DNA of 63,961 bases, the filler included, from Sphaeroforma arctica JP610 (lineage: Eukaryota), in assembly GCF_001186125.1 (NCBI RefSeq). It is 6 parts of 2 records of this genome, joined end to end, with 100 filler letters (N's around TTAATTAATTAA, not from the genome) between each part and the next. Parts side by side here need not be neighbours in the genome. Positions count along the whole stretch, not along the records: positions 1 to 12,914 come from NW_014040554.1; 5 more parts are not named here. One strand, written 5' to 3'. The notes beneath the pieces were generated by a model. The model made no database searches and was not told the DNA's origin. It saw only the letters and a list, made by a program, of their open reading frames with translations. This document shows positions 1 to 9,530 of the stretch, one piece after another (positions within the stretch are counted from its first letter, which is position 1; every line of letters begins with the position of its first letter). The position numbers were made by a program, and so were the translations under genes.

Positions 1-262
1 GACATTGCCTATATATAATCCTCTCAGTACAGTTTTCGCCGAAGGGTTTTTATTTAGTGTTTCATTGTCGCTCTACTAGAAACTATGATATGTTTCGCTG
101 GGGCGAATTATAAAATCCTATCTTTAGAAAAAAAGAAAAGAAAAGAAAAAAGAAAAATACTCTTGATGTCCTTAGTTATTGTATTAACCAAAAACTTGCC
201 ACTTATCAAGAATTACCGACTTAGCCTTCATCAGACTGGCACATCTAGTTGGCTGAACGGAG

Positions 263-2764
263 GTCCAGACATACTTTGACTTTCTTAAATGCTCCGTCAG
301 AGTTGTGTTGATCAACTGCTAATAATGCTAAGTTATCTGGCGTTTGATGGTAATTGATTTCCTTCGACTCCGCGCGTGCCCGTTTATTGGGTCGCATTGA
401 TTGAGTAGAGTCACGAGCACGTGACTGGTTAGGACGCGTCTGATGAGGCTTATCATCTGACGTCTGGCGTGAGAGGTATCCTTGATCATGGAGCTCGCGC
501 GGTTTCTTATTTACCGCCTTTGCTTTCGAGGTTACTCGGTGTGCCGGGAGAAGAGTGGATACAGTGTCATAAAACTGTTCCTACGTAAGACGGGATAGAT
601 AAAACTTCGTTTCATGTCTCTTGTCTCGAGCCTCAGTTGCGTACTTACGTCGCAACTCGGTGTACAGACTTCCACGGTCGTTGTTCCCTATGTTCTTACA
701 GAAAACATGCATAAACAGGAACTCGTACCATCGCTGAGCCTTGTACTTTGTTATATCTGGACGTTTAAGGTCATAATCAAGTTTCAGAATGTAACTCTGA
801 ATAGGAGTATTCTCAAATGTTTCAGTTAAGATTGAAATCAGTCCTGGACTGTGGATATCCTTGCTTAATAAGGACGTAACCAACCAAAACACAGCTGGCC
901 AGTCACGACAAGTGTCTAGCTCATGCTGATGTCGCTGCAGAATCAAGTAACTTGTTCCTGTAGGGTCAAACGACTGCATTAAAGCAGAAATCCACTGCTG
1001 GGAAGCGATATCATCCTCTTCCAGCATGACCGTAAACACATTAAGCGTACGGGTTAGCGTGTCGAAGTCATGGTTGTTTATAAACTCGACCTGCTTACTG
1101 TTGGCATCCGAGTTCGACTTAAGTCGACTGATTTGTCCCTTGTACTTCTGGTTATCCCGGTAGTTATGTCCACGTTGGGCCTGAAGTAGCTGATCGGCAG
1201 AAATCCACTGCTGGGGAGCAATATCATTCGTCTCCAGCATGACCGTAAACACATTAAGCGTACGGGTTAGCGTGTCGAAGTCATGGTTATTTATAAACTC
1301 GACCTGCTTACTGTTGGTATCCGAATTCGACTTAATTCGACTGATTTGTCCCTTGTACTTCTGGTTATCCCGATGGTCTTGTCCACGTTGGGCCTGAAGT
1401 AGCTGATCGGCAGAAATCCACTGCTGGGGAGCGATATCATTCGTCTCCAGCATGACCGTAAACACATTAAGCGTACGGGTTAGCGTGTAGAAGTCATGGT
1501 TGTTTATAAACTCGACCTGCTTACTGTTGGCATCCGAGTTCGACTTAAGTCGACTGATTTGTCCGTTGTACTTCTGGTTATCCCGGTGGTCTTGTCCACG
1601 TTGGGCCTGAAGTAGCTGATCTATGCGTTTCTGCTTGATCGCGATCATACTAGCAAAATATTATACGTCATCGGCACGGTGCTCGTCAAGAACGATTTCC
1701 ATCTTAAAGGTGTAATCGTCGACCGATTTATCAAGTTCGGTCACCTTGTCAGAGTGAAAAATTTCTGCGGGCTGGTGTAAGGTAGTGCGATCGAAGCGAT
1801 TTAATTTGACTTCGTTAACACGTTTACGAGAGTGTTTATTATCCCGTGGAAAGTCCTTGATCAAGCCCTTTCGGTGATCTGTTCCTTGGATAGTCGTTGG
1901 TATTACCCAGTCTTAACTGGTTTCCGACGATTGTCATCCCAGTTGGGTAAAGGTGGCGGAAAGTTTCTACCTGCCTCTGGGTCTATAATACCCTCAAGGA
2001 CAGGCGACTCGTGTCCGGGTGTTAGAACAGGCGAATAATTAGCCTGGAGTTCTGGTGGTAGAACCTCGTAAGGTATAGATACGCTGAGCACATCTGGATC
2101 ATCTGCCACAGGTTTGGCGCTCATATCTCTACGCTTTTCGGGCGTAATTGCCAGTCGACGTTCTGTCCACTTCTGTAAGGCTTCAGTAGTGCCCGGAGAA
2201 ACATGCTCGCGTAAGTGCTGTGCGTGGTTTCTTGATCCATACATTCGATCTACATGTCCATTTTCATAAGGGTGGCTAACTGATTCTTAAGATCAGTGTT
2301 TTCAGTAGTTAACTTACTTATGCGCGTTGGCTCAGTGCTCTCGGACGTAGATTCGGGGTTGCCTCCTCTTCTGGTTCCGGTATAGGTACATTCTGAGATT
2401 TGTCTTTGTCCCCTATAAATGGAGACTTTTCTTTCCGAGTGTCGTCAGAAGAATTGGGTGGGGCGTCTTGAGACGTGTCCCTTGTCTCACTTCTTGGCTT
2501 CGTAAATGCGAGCTTTGAAGTTGAGGCAATAGTTGGCCCTCGGGCTCTATCTGTAGGAGTAGTCTCCTTAGTCGGAGTGGCTACATCCCTATCCGAAGCA
2601 TTGTCCTGACTATTATTGTCGGAGACAAGTGTATCGGCTACGGTGCGGTTAAACGCATCGACAGCGGCGGCGGTTGCTTCTGCGGCAGCGCTAGCGGCGT
2701 CTCTCTCCATCTTCTTACGTTCAGCTTTGCGTTTCTTTGCAGGTGTATTGTCTTTCTTTGTCAT
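263..2764 (-). pseudogene. Degenerate gag(-protease start) of the LTR element
   Basis: ORF pieces 2764-2318, 2244-1903, 1864-1661 and 1648-581 are broken by frameshifts and stops. The frame continues past TAG (581-583) to ...FKKVKVCLD, which resembles the start of an aspartic protease, and then joins LTR sequence. Confidence 0.65.
984..1621. repeat. 213-bp (71-codon) tandem repeat, 3 copies, in frame within gag
   Basis: TCCACTGCTGG occurs at 991, 1204 and 1417. The protein unit DQLLQAQRG...QQWISA occurs three times. Confidence 0.95.
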
Positions 2765-2892
2765 AATCTTAACTTATGACTTCAGTCTTTTTCTCTTAAG
2801 GAATGACTGTGCTTAGGAAAAATTTCGTGATAGTTATCTACCTTTACGTTCAAGTAGTCTAAGTAGTTAACACCTTTGCTAACTTTAAAATG

Positions 2893-3608
2893 TGTAAGTT
2901 TTGGTCGATCAAGGCGATATTAACGTCTTAGAGTACTTAAACGCTTAGGTTGAGTCTAAGTATAATTAAATTCCATGTGATTAAACGAAATGTGTCTTTT
3001 AATAAAGTTAGATATGTTTCGTAAAAACAGCAATACTCTGAGGGATTGTTAGACTGAGAAATTGCCTATATATACTCCACTCAGTACTGTTTTCGCCGAA
3101 GGGATTTTATTTAGTGTTTCATTGTCGCTCTACTAGAAACTATGGTATGTTTCGTTGGGGCAAATTATAAAATCCTATCTTTAGAAAAAAAGAAAAGAAA
3201 AGAAGAGAAAAAAACACTTGATGCCCATAGGTATTGCATTAACCAATAACTTGACACTTGTCAAGAATTACCGACTTAGCCTTTATCAGACTAAAACATC
3301 TGGTTTAAGTAACGCTATTAGTCCTTAGAAACCTATGTTAGGTTGAGCCATCTCGCTACCGAAGTATTCAGATATAAATAGATTTCGAAAGTAAATATAG
3401 TTCTATTAATAGGACTAGACCGAATCTTATGTTTGGTATTTTACTGTGGCCTATTAATGGCCTTGTCCAAATATCTAATATATAATATGGAAAAGGTATT
3501 TAATTAATAAAAACCGTTAAAACCCATTTAAGGAAAACTTAAGTTTATGTACTTTTAAGAGTATGTTTTACGTACTATTAAGAGTAATGTGGAGACCCGG
3601 CTTTTATA
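2893..3608 (-). repeat. LTR, full-length copy (~716 bp)
   Basis: Homologous along its length to the inverted copies at 4690-5885. Termini are T(G/A)TAA...TTACA, with an internal TATATATA box near 3067-3074. Confidence 0.8.
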
Positions 3609-3609
3609 T

Positions 3610-4430
3610 TATCAGGGACGATGCTAGAGTTTACAATTTTGGGATACAGCATGTATAAGGAGATGTAAGGGAGCAGTGTGCGCCGAGATGGATATGTCAC
3701 GGAAAGAAAATAATGAGATGAGGGCCAAATATCACCAGAGTCGAGTAATAGAACCACTTTTGTACAAGGTACGCGTGTAGGTAGTCGCATTTTGACACCA
3801 TTCAAGCAATTTGTATTCATCTTATAGGGGAATCAACTGCTCAGCGGTTGTACCCGGCATGGGTATTTGCATGATCTGATATCTTTGACAAGCTGTTTTA
3901 GGGTTTAAAATCGGTACTGCGGCGCAAGCAAAAGCTGCGCTTGCGCCGCCAACCAAAGTTGCCCTAGGTATTGAGGATACTGCTATGTATATAGGTGACG
4001 CAACCGAAAGGATCGTGTAGCCTCTCACTCCGATTACAAGAAACTTGAAACAATGAACATAATATCATAACAGCATCCTCCTATATATGCCATGTGTCAC
4101 CTGAGTTTTCAGGTGCTGCAATGGACAATGATATGTACTCATATCTACAATATGATGCAATTTTTACTACGATATAGGGCTAACGGATAGATACGAGCTG
4201 GAAAGCAACGATGCATGTGTAGTTACCCCCAGAAACAAAAAGCACAATAACCAAATCGTATTTGAGAGAAAGCGTTCTGTCGCCGATCGTAATGTTGCTA
4301 GGGAAAAGTGCAATATTGGGTGAACAATGGAAGAACTTGAGAACTATGCAGCTTTCGACACCAAGCAACGATACATTACTGAATCTGAGATGGTTCAGGC
4401 TGATAAAGAGCCCAAAGTGTACGTGAGTTG
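3610..4430 (+). pseudogene. Degenerate PIF/Harbinger/ISL2EU-type (DDE_Tnp_4-like) transposase, with an intron
   Basis: Manual translation gives WICHGKKIMR*GP, then HFCT/RGINCSAVVPGMGICMI, then LTDRYELE...VVTPRNKKHNNQIVF...DRNVAREKCNIG*TMEELENY. These match the IIDxTE, GITPxGxI and DRGF...P...Q...RxIAxxRxxVERxxxxLKxF blocks in order. A GT...AG intron lies at ~3769-3827. Confidence 0.55.
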
Positions 4431-4689
4431 GTCAATCTGATACCACAAAGCCATAACTGGCAAGTGAGCATGACGAGGCGAGACATAGATTTAAAAAAAA
4501 GAAAACTGTATTAAATAGGGCTGATAAGAATAAAATTACTGCAGAGCCCGTGAATGGGTGGGATCGATACACTCATGACAGAGTTTTAAATTATTAAATT
4601 TATGATTCACTTTACAAAGTTATTCGTTGTTGGATATGGCTGCGTTCGCTTTTTAAGTCTTGCATCCCTATATCGCACCAAAAGCTCTC

Positions 4690-5885
4690 TGTAATAGCCG
4701 GGCCTCCACATTAGACCATACTCTAAAGACGTGCTCTTAAGCAGTACATAAACTATAAACGTACTCTTAATAGTACGTGAACCAAATAGTTTTAACGGTT
4801 CTATTTAAAGGTACCTTTTCCATTTTACATATCAGATGTTTGGATGAAGGCCATTAAAAAGCCCGATTAAAATGCCAAAGATAAGATTTGGAATAGTTTT
4901 ATTAATAGAACTATATTTTATTCCAAATCCATTTATATCTGAATACTTCGGTAGCGAGATGGCTCAACCGAAAATAGGGTTCTAGGGACTATTAATGTTA
5001 CCTAGTTGATCCTCCGTTCAGCCAACCAGATGTGCCAGCCCGATGATGGCAATTCGGTAATTCTTGATAAGTAGAAAATTATTGGTTAATATAATAACAA
5101 AAGATATCAAGAGTATTTTCTTTTTCTTTTACTATTTTGTTTTCTAAAGATAGGATTTCATTAGACTCTATGTATAAACGTACTCTTAAGCAGCACGCAA
5201 ATTATAAACGTATTCTTAATAGTAGGAGGAACTTAAGTTTCCTAAAATGGGTTTTAATGGTTTTATTAATTAAACCCTTTCCATTTAACATATCAGATAT
5301 TTGGATGAGGCCATTAAAAGGCCTCAGTAAAATATCAAACATAAAAGAGTTGGTCTAGTTCTATTGATCGAGCTTTATTTACTTTCCAATTTTATTTATA
5401 TCTGAATACTTCGGTAGCGAGATGGTTCAACCGAATATAGGTTTCTAGGGACTATTAACGTTACCTAGTTGATCCTCTGATAAGCCAACCAGATGTGCCA
5501 GTCTGATGAAGGCTAAGTCGGTAATTCTTGATAGTGGCAAGTTATTGGTTAAGACAATAGCTATGGACATCAAGAGTATTTTTATTTTTATTTATTTTTT
5601 CTAAAGATAGGATTTTATGAGTCTATCGGATTCGCCCCAGAATAGAGCGACAACGAAACACTAAATAAAATCCCTTCGACGGAAACAGTACTGAGAGGAT
5701 TATATATAGGCAATGTCTCAGCCTCACAATCCCTCAGAGTATTGCTATTTTCACGAGGCAATCCTAACTTTATTAAACGTCTCATTTCGTTTATTTATAT
5801 CGATATTTACACGATATATAGAATTTCCCTACGCGTTTATTTATTCTAAGGCATTAGTATCGCCTTTATTAGACCGAATCTTACA
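4690..5885 (+). repeat. Tandem LTR copies (partial 4690-~5160 plus ~5160-5885), inverted relative to the LTRs at 1-262 and 2893-3608
   Basis: Starts TGTAATAGCCGGG and ends ...AATCTTACA. The block GAATACTTCGGTAGCGAGATGG is present twice. The flanks (CTCTC / ATATT) show no target-site duplication. Confidence 0.85.
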
Positions 5886-5989
5886 ATATTGTCTCCGTCT
5901 GTGCTACCCTTTGATCCAATCTCGTATAGCCTCTCTAATGCCGCTCTGATGTGAACGCAACTGTACCTATAATGGCAAAGGCCGAAGTC

Positions 5990-7330
5990 CCTTCTCTCTA
6001 CTACCCGCTCTCAATGTTTATTCAGACAACAAACATTCTGCGTGTTCGATTATAACTGCTGTACGTTCCTTAGTCTTGGTATCAATACAAATTTAAAGGA
6101 TGATCAATACATCCATGTCTTTCTTTGCCATGGAACGACTCATACTAGCCTCTACATAAAAATAAAACACATTTTTCTCAGAACAATACTCTTCTATCGC
6201 CCTACCTAACCCGACAGCGAAACTGTTCTTCGCTCGTGTTGTACTTTTGACCGTACGATCAAGGCTTTGTGTTTCTTAAAATATTCCGCAATATCCCACG
6301 ATTCAACGCATAGCTTCTCATGCATCAGCTTTGTTTGCCTGTACTCTGCGAAGTCTGCCGTTTGAAGCTGTACCATTAGGTTCTTCTGACGGTTGACACA
6401 CACACGAAGTAAAGCAGGAGGATTCTCGATAATGTCAACTCGATCATTCACGGCAATTCGTCTACTGGTATCATGTGCATTCAATCTTTCTACCAGCTAT
6501 TGTCGATTGGTACCTTCAGATATAGTTACACCAATAGAGATAGCATGACGTCGAAGCTCGTTCATTAGCATAGTACTGTATGATAGGGCATCGCTGTCAT
6601 GTACCCAGGGTAGATAGGGTGATGGTTTGGAAGTGCAGGGATATGATGTAGCATCGTAAAACCCTAATGTCCATCGGATGGCAACACGAGGGGTTACCAG
6701 AACATTTCCAGGCTAAAGAGTATCTTTATCAGGAAAGCCAAAAGATTGTAATGACTCCATTATCCAAACAGGTACGTTGTCATCATAAAAAACGAACCTC
6801 CCTAGTCTGGGATCATAAACAGGTTGTCCAAAAAACATTTTATTAACCTGAGAAATCTCATTAGCCACTCTTGCCCTATCCTCATGTTTATTAAAGCATG
6901 GGATCACTTCATCAAGCGATGGTTTAAGTTCTTGCAGCCTGCAAGTACATCTAACAACCGGCCCCTACCCACACCTGTTCTACGTCGATAGTCGTTTTGA
7001 CAAAATATTGCACATGTATTACGTAAAAGAAGCCATGTCTTCTACACTGTTCATGGAAAGATTTTTGTATACTATTCTCCTTATACGACGGCTGTATATC
7101 TCCAAACTCAGCCCAAGTGAGTGAAAGCTCTGTTTCACGATAGATAACTGTAGTAAACTCACATCCCCCCTTTGCCATCCAGGATCCAATATAAGATTTT
7201 TCCCTCCGATTACGAGATAATCGATGTCATATGCAAGGATATACTTGATATATCCTATACGTTGTAGATGCACTAATTGTTGTTTGGCTTCGGTGGGGGC
7301 CAGTATATAATGTACACCCATTCTCTTCAA
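5990..7330 (-). pseudogene. Degenerate Exo1/XPG-family nuclease fused to a SAP-like and a probable SWIM-associated region
   Basis: XPG-I motif GVHYILAPTEAKQQLVHL...ILAYDIDYLVIG. H3TH-like YMCNIL/NDY...GVG. Exo1-like FFGQPVYDP. SAP-like YSTMLMNELRRHAISIGVTISEGTNRQ*LVERL (6595-6480). Then EASM...DVLIIL...IIEHAEC. Many stops and frameshifts; the XPG-N part is absent. Confidence 0.7.
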
Positions 7331-8324
7331 TAGTTTTTTAAAAACAAAAAAGACATCAACAGCTATTTTATTTTGGTTTAATAAAAAAAGATTTCAGTAC
7401 TTGAGAAGGCCATGTATTTTTTTAATTTATAAAAAATAGTAAATTTGAACGGGAGATCAAGAATAAAGATCTGTCGAAACTCAAAAACTGAGTAAATATT
7501 TAAAAAACCTCTCCGAGACTCAATACAGAGTTACCCAGTTACAGTCACAGTCTAACAGTCTTACACTGTATTTGTATTCTCAATTCTCAATTCTGGAGTT
7601 CATCAGACTTCAGAGTTTCAGAACCGGAGTCTCAGAGTCTCAGATTCGGGAATCCGAGAATCGACTTCTGAATCTCAGAATCAGAAGTTCTGTATGATTT
7701 TTAAACTTCTGTGTCAAGAAAATTAGAAAAGGGAAAAAGTAATGCTTTTTGTTTAAGAAAAACGAATCAAAAACAACTATAACAGTATTTCTAAAGCATT
7801 TTGTACAATAATAATGCTATTTTGGTTTTGTCAAAAGAAAAAGAGTGTAAAATTTTTACTATTTTCACTACTTTCAAAATTTTGTAACGTAAATACAAAT
7901 ACAACTGTCAACTCTATAGATACATACAAAATAACTTGTATTCATTCGCCTAAAGAGCAAATTTGTACTACATAAAATGTCTTTTGATAAAAAAAATGCA
8001 ACATTGTTTTTAATGTTTTATAAAAATAAAAGGTGTAACTTGTATTTACAAATTTTGAACCAAGATCACACTTTTTTTAAAAGGGTTCAACTTTTTATAA
8101 AAATTTAACATCAACACAACCAGCGAGGGCATTGAAGAGGGTATAACAAATGGAGGTGGTTCCTATTTTAACATGTATTTTAAACATACTTGAACCCAGC
8201 ATCGCGTGCTCTCAACTTGGCACATGAATCATCGCTGACGCTATATATAAATAGAGTAAGTTGTACTCACTTCTCTATAACCTATGTTTTGAATTTGACT
8301 AGTATCTCCATTGACACGCCTAAA

Positions 8325-9530
8325 ATGTACACAATCGAAGAAATTACAAGTTGGGATCAAAATGAAAGTCTCATGCCACCTCCATATAAATATGCAATGC
8401 GTGATATTGCTACTCAAGGGATTTTCGTGGCAGATTCTTTGTTTGACAACTTACCTACGTCGGCCGTCATTTGTCATAATAGTACTGGAGTGTTGCCAAT
8501 AAGCCCGGAACCTGAATGGGTTAGGTGGGGGTTGGTAGCGGAGGGTCAGAGATTATGGACGAACTATTTTGGAACCAGCTTCACAGCACTACTGATGTGC
8601 CTTATGTCTGGCTTCAATATTGCACGGTTTGGAGAAGTTTTGTATCACAACGGGTACGCCAAGGATGCAGAAACAGCTAGGGTACGATATAGTGCTACGG
8701 CATTCGCAGTGGCTGACTGGCTACGATTTCCCTTGGATGATGTAAATGGTAGATCCCGTCAGACGATTAATAAAGTGCGAGCTATGCATACGTTCGCGCG
8801 TCGCCGTAGTCGTCGCCTGTTCCAACCAGAGGAAGGTGTTGCGCTGAGTCAGTATGACATGGCAGAGGTATTGCTAGCTTTCAGCGGTATCTGCTTACAA
8901 GCAATGAAGGAGGATTTCAATACGCATATCTCAGGCGCGGAGCTCGAGCCAATGGTACACATGTGGCGGCTAATTGGCTACCATCTTGGTATCCAAGATA
9001 GATTTAACGTATGCGCATCTGTCGAGCGTATGAATAGCTGCTTACAAGAATTTAACACATTTTGCGAACAGCGTGCCGCAACAGCCCGGCCATATACAAA
9101 TAAGCTCCGTTCCATGGCACTGGAGGGGTTCGGCACATTCACCGGTATCGGCTCAGTACTTTTAGGTTCCATGACATTCGATCTGAACTACAAAACAGAT
9201 GTGCTCCAGAATAAATCGCTGGGCGAGAGACCAAAAATACGGGGCCTCACACGAGCGTCGAGTGCCGGATTGAAACGGGCTTCGAGTGTTGCATCTTTGG
9301 TCCTCTCGAGTAAAATCGGTGGCGATGTATTAAAGCAAGTTATATACTCTGCCAGTGATATCAGAAATGACGACAGACCGAAGTTTACACGCTATCAGAA
9401 AAGTTTAGTTTTGCTGTCCGAAGGGCTAGATTATTATGTATGGTCGCCACCGTCTAGTGTACCGTTTCTGACCATGGCGGGTTTCTGTGGGATATTCGTA
9501 GGTACTATGCTCTTCCGCCATGTTCTCTAA
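8325..9530 (+). CDS. MpaB/Lcp-like (DUF2236-type) heme-dependent oxygenase, intronless, ~401 aa with a C-terminal hydrophobic anchor
   Basis: Motifs EGQRLW, RVRYSAT, INKVRAMH, ALSQYDMA and HMWRLIGYHLGI are typical of the ER-bound oxygenase MpaB/rubber oxygenase fold. ATG at 8325 is in AAAATG context, with TATATAAATA at ~8243. Confidence 0.85.
   Translation: MYTIEEITSWDQNESLMPPPYKYAMRDIATQGIFVADSLFDNLPTSAVICHNSTGVLPISPEPEWVRWGLVAEGQRLWTNYFGTSFTALLMCLMSGFNIARFGEVLYHNGYAKDAETARVRYSATAFAVADWLRFPLDDVNGRSRQTINKVRAMHTFARRRSRRLFQPEEGVALSQYDMAEVLLAFSGICLQAMKEDFNTHISGAELEPMVHMWRLIGYHLGIQDRFNVCASVERMNSCLQEFNTFCEQRAATARPYTNKLRSMALEGFGTFTGIGSVLLGSMTFDLNYKTDVLQNKSLGERPKIRGLTRASSAGLKRASSVASLVLSSKIGGDVLKQVIYSASDIRNDDRPKFTRYQKSLVLLSEGLDYYVWSPPSSVPFLTMAGFCGIFVGTMLFRHVL

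Larger units (their letters stand above)
1..3608 (-). mobile_element. Internally deleted (pol-less) LTR retrotransposon: 5' LTR 3608-2893, decayed gag and start of protease, partial 3' LTR 262-1 running off the window edge
   Basis: Bases 1-~250 are a close direct repeat of ~3060-3300. The LTR ends in TTACA (2893) and begins TATAA (3608), where the copy at 4690 has TGTAA. Minus-strand ORF pieces lie between the two LTR copies. Confidence 0.8.

Noticed and set aside
581..583. Programmed gag-pol stop readthrough, or RIP-like mutation
   Set aside because: A single TGG>TAG change in a decayed element explains it, and there are too few sites to claim a mutational bias.
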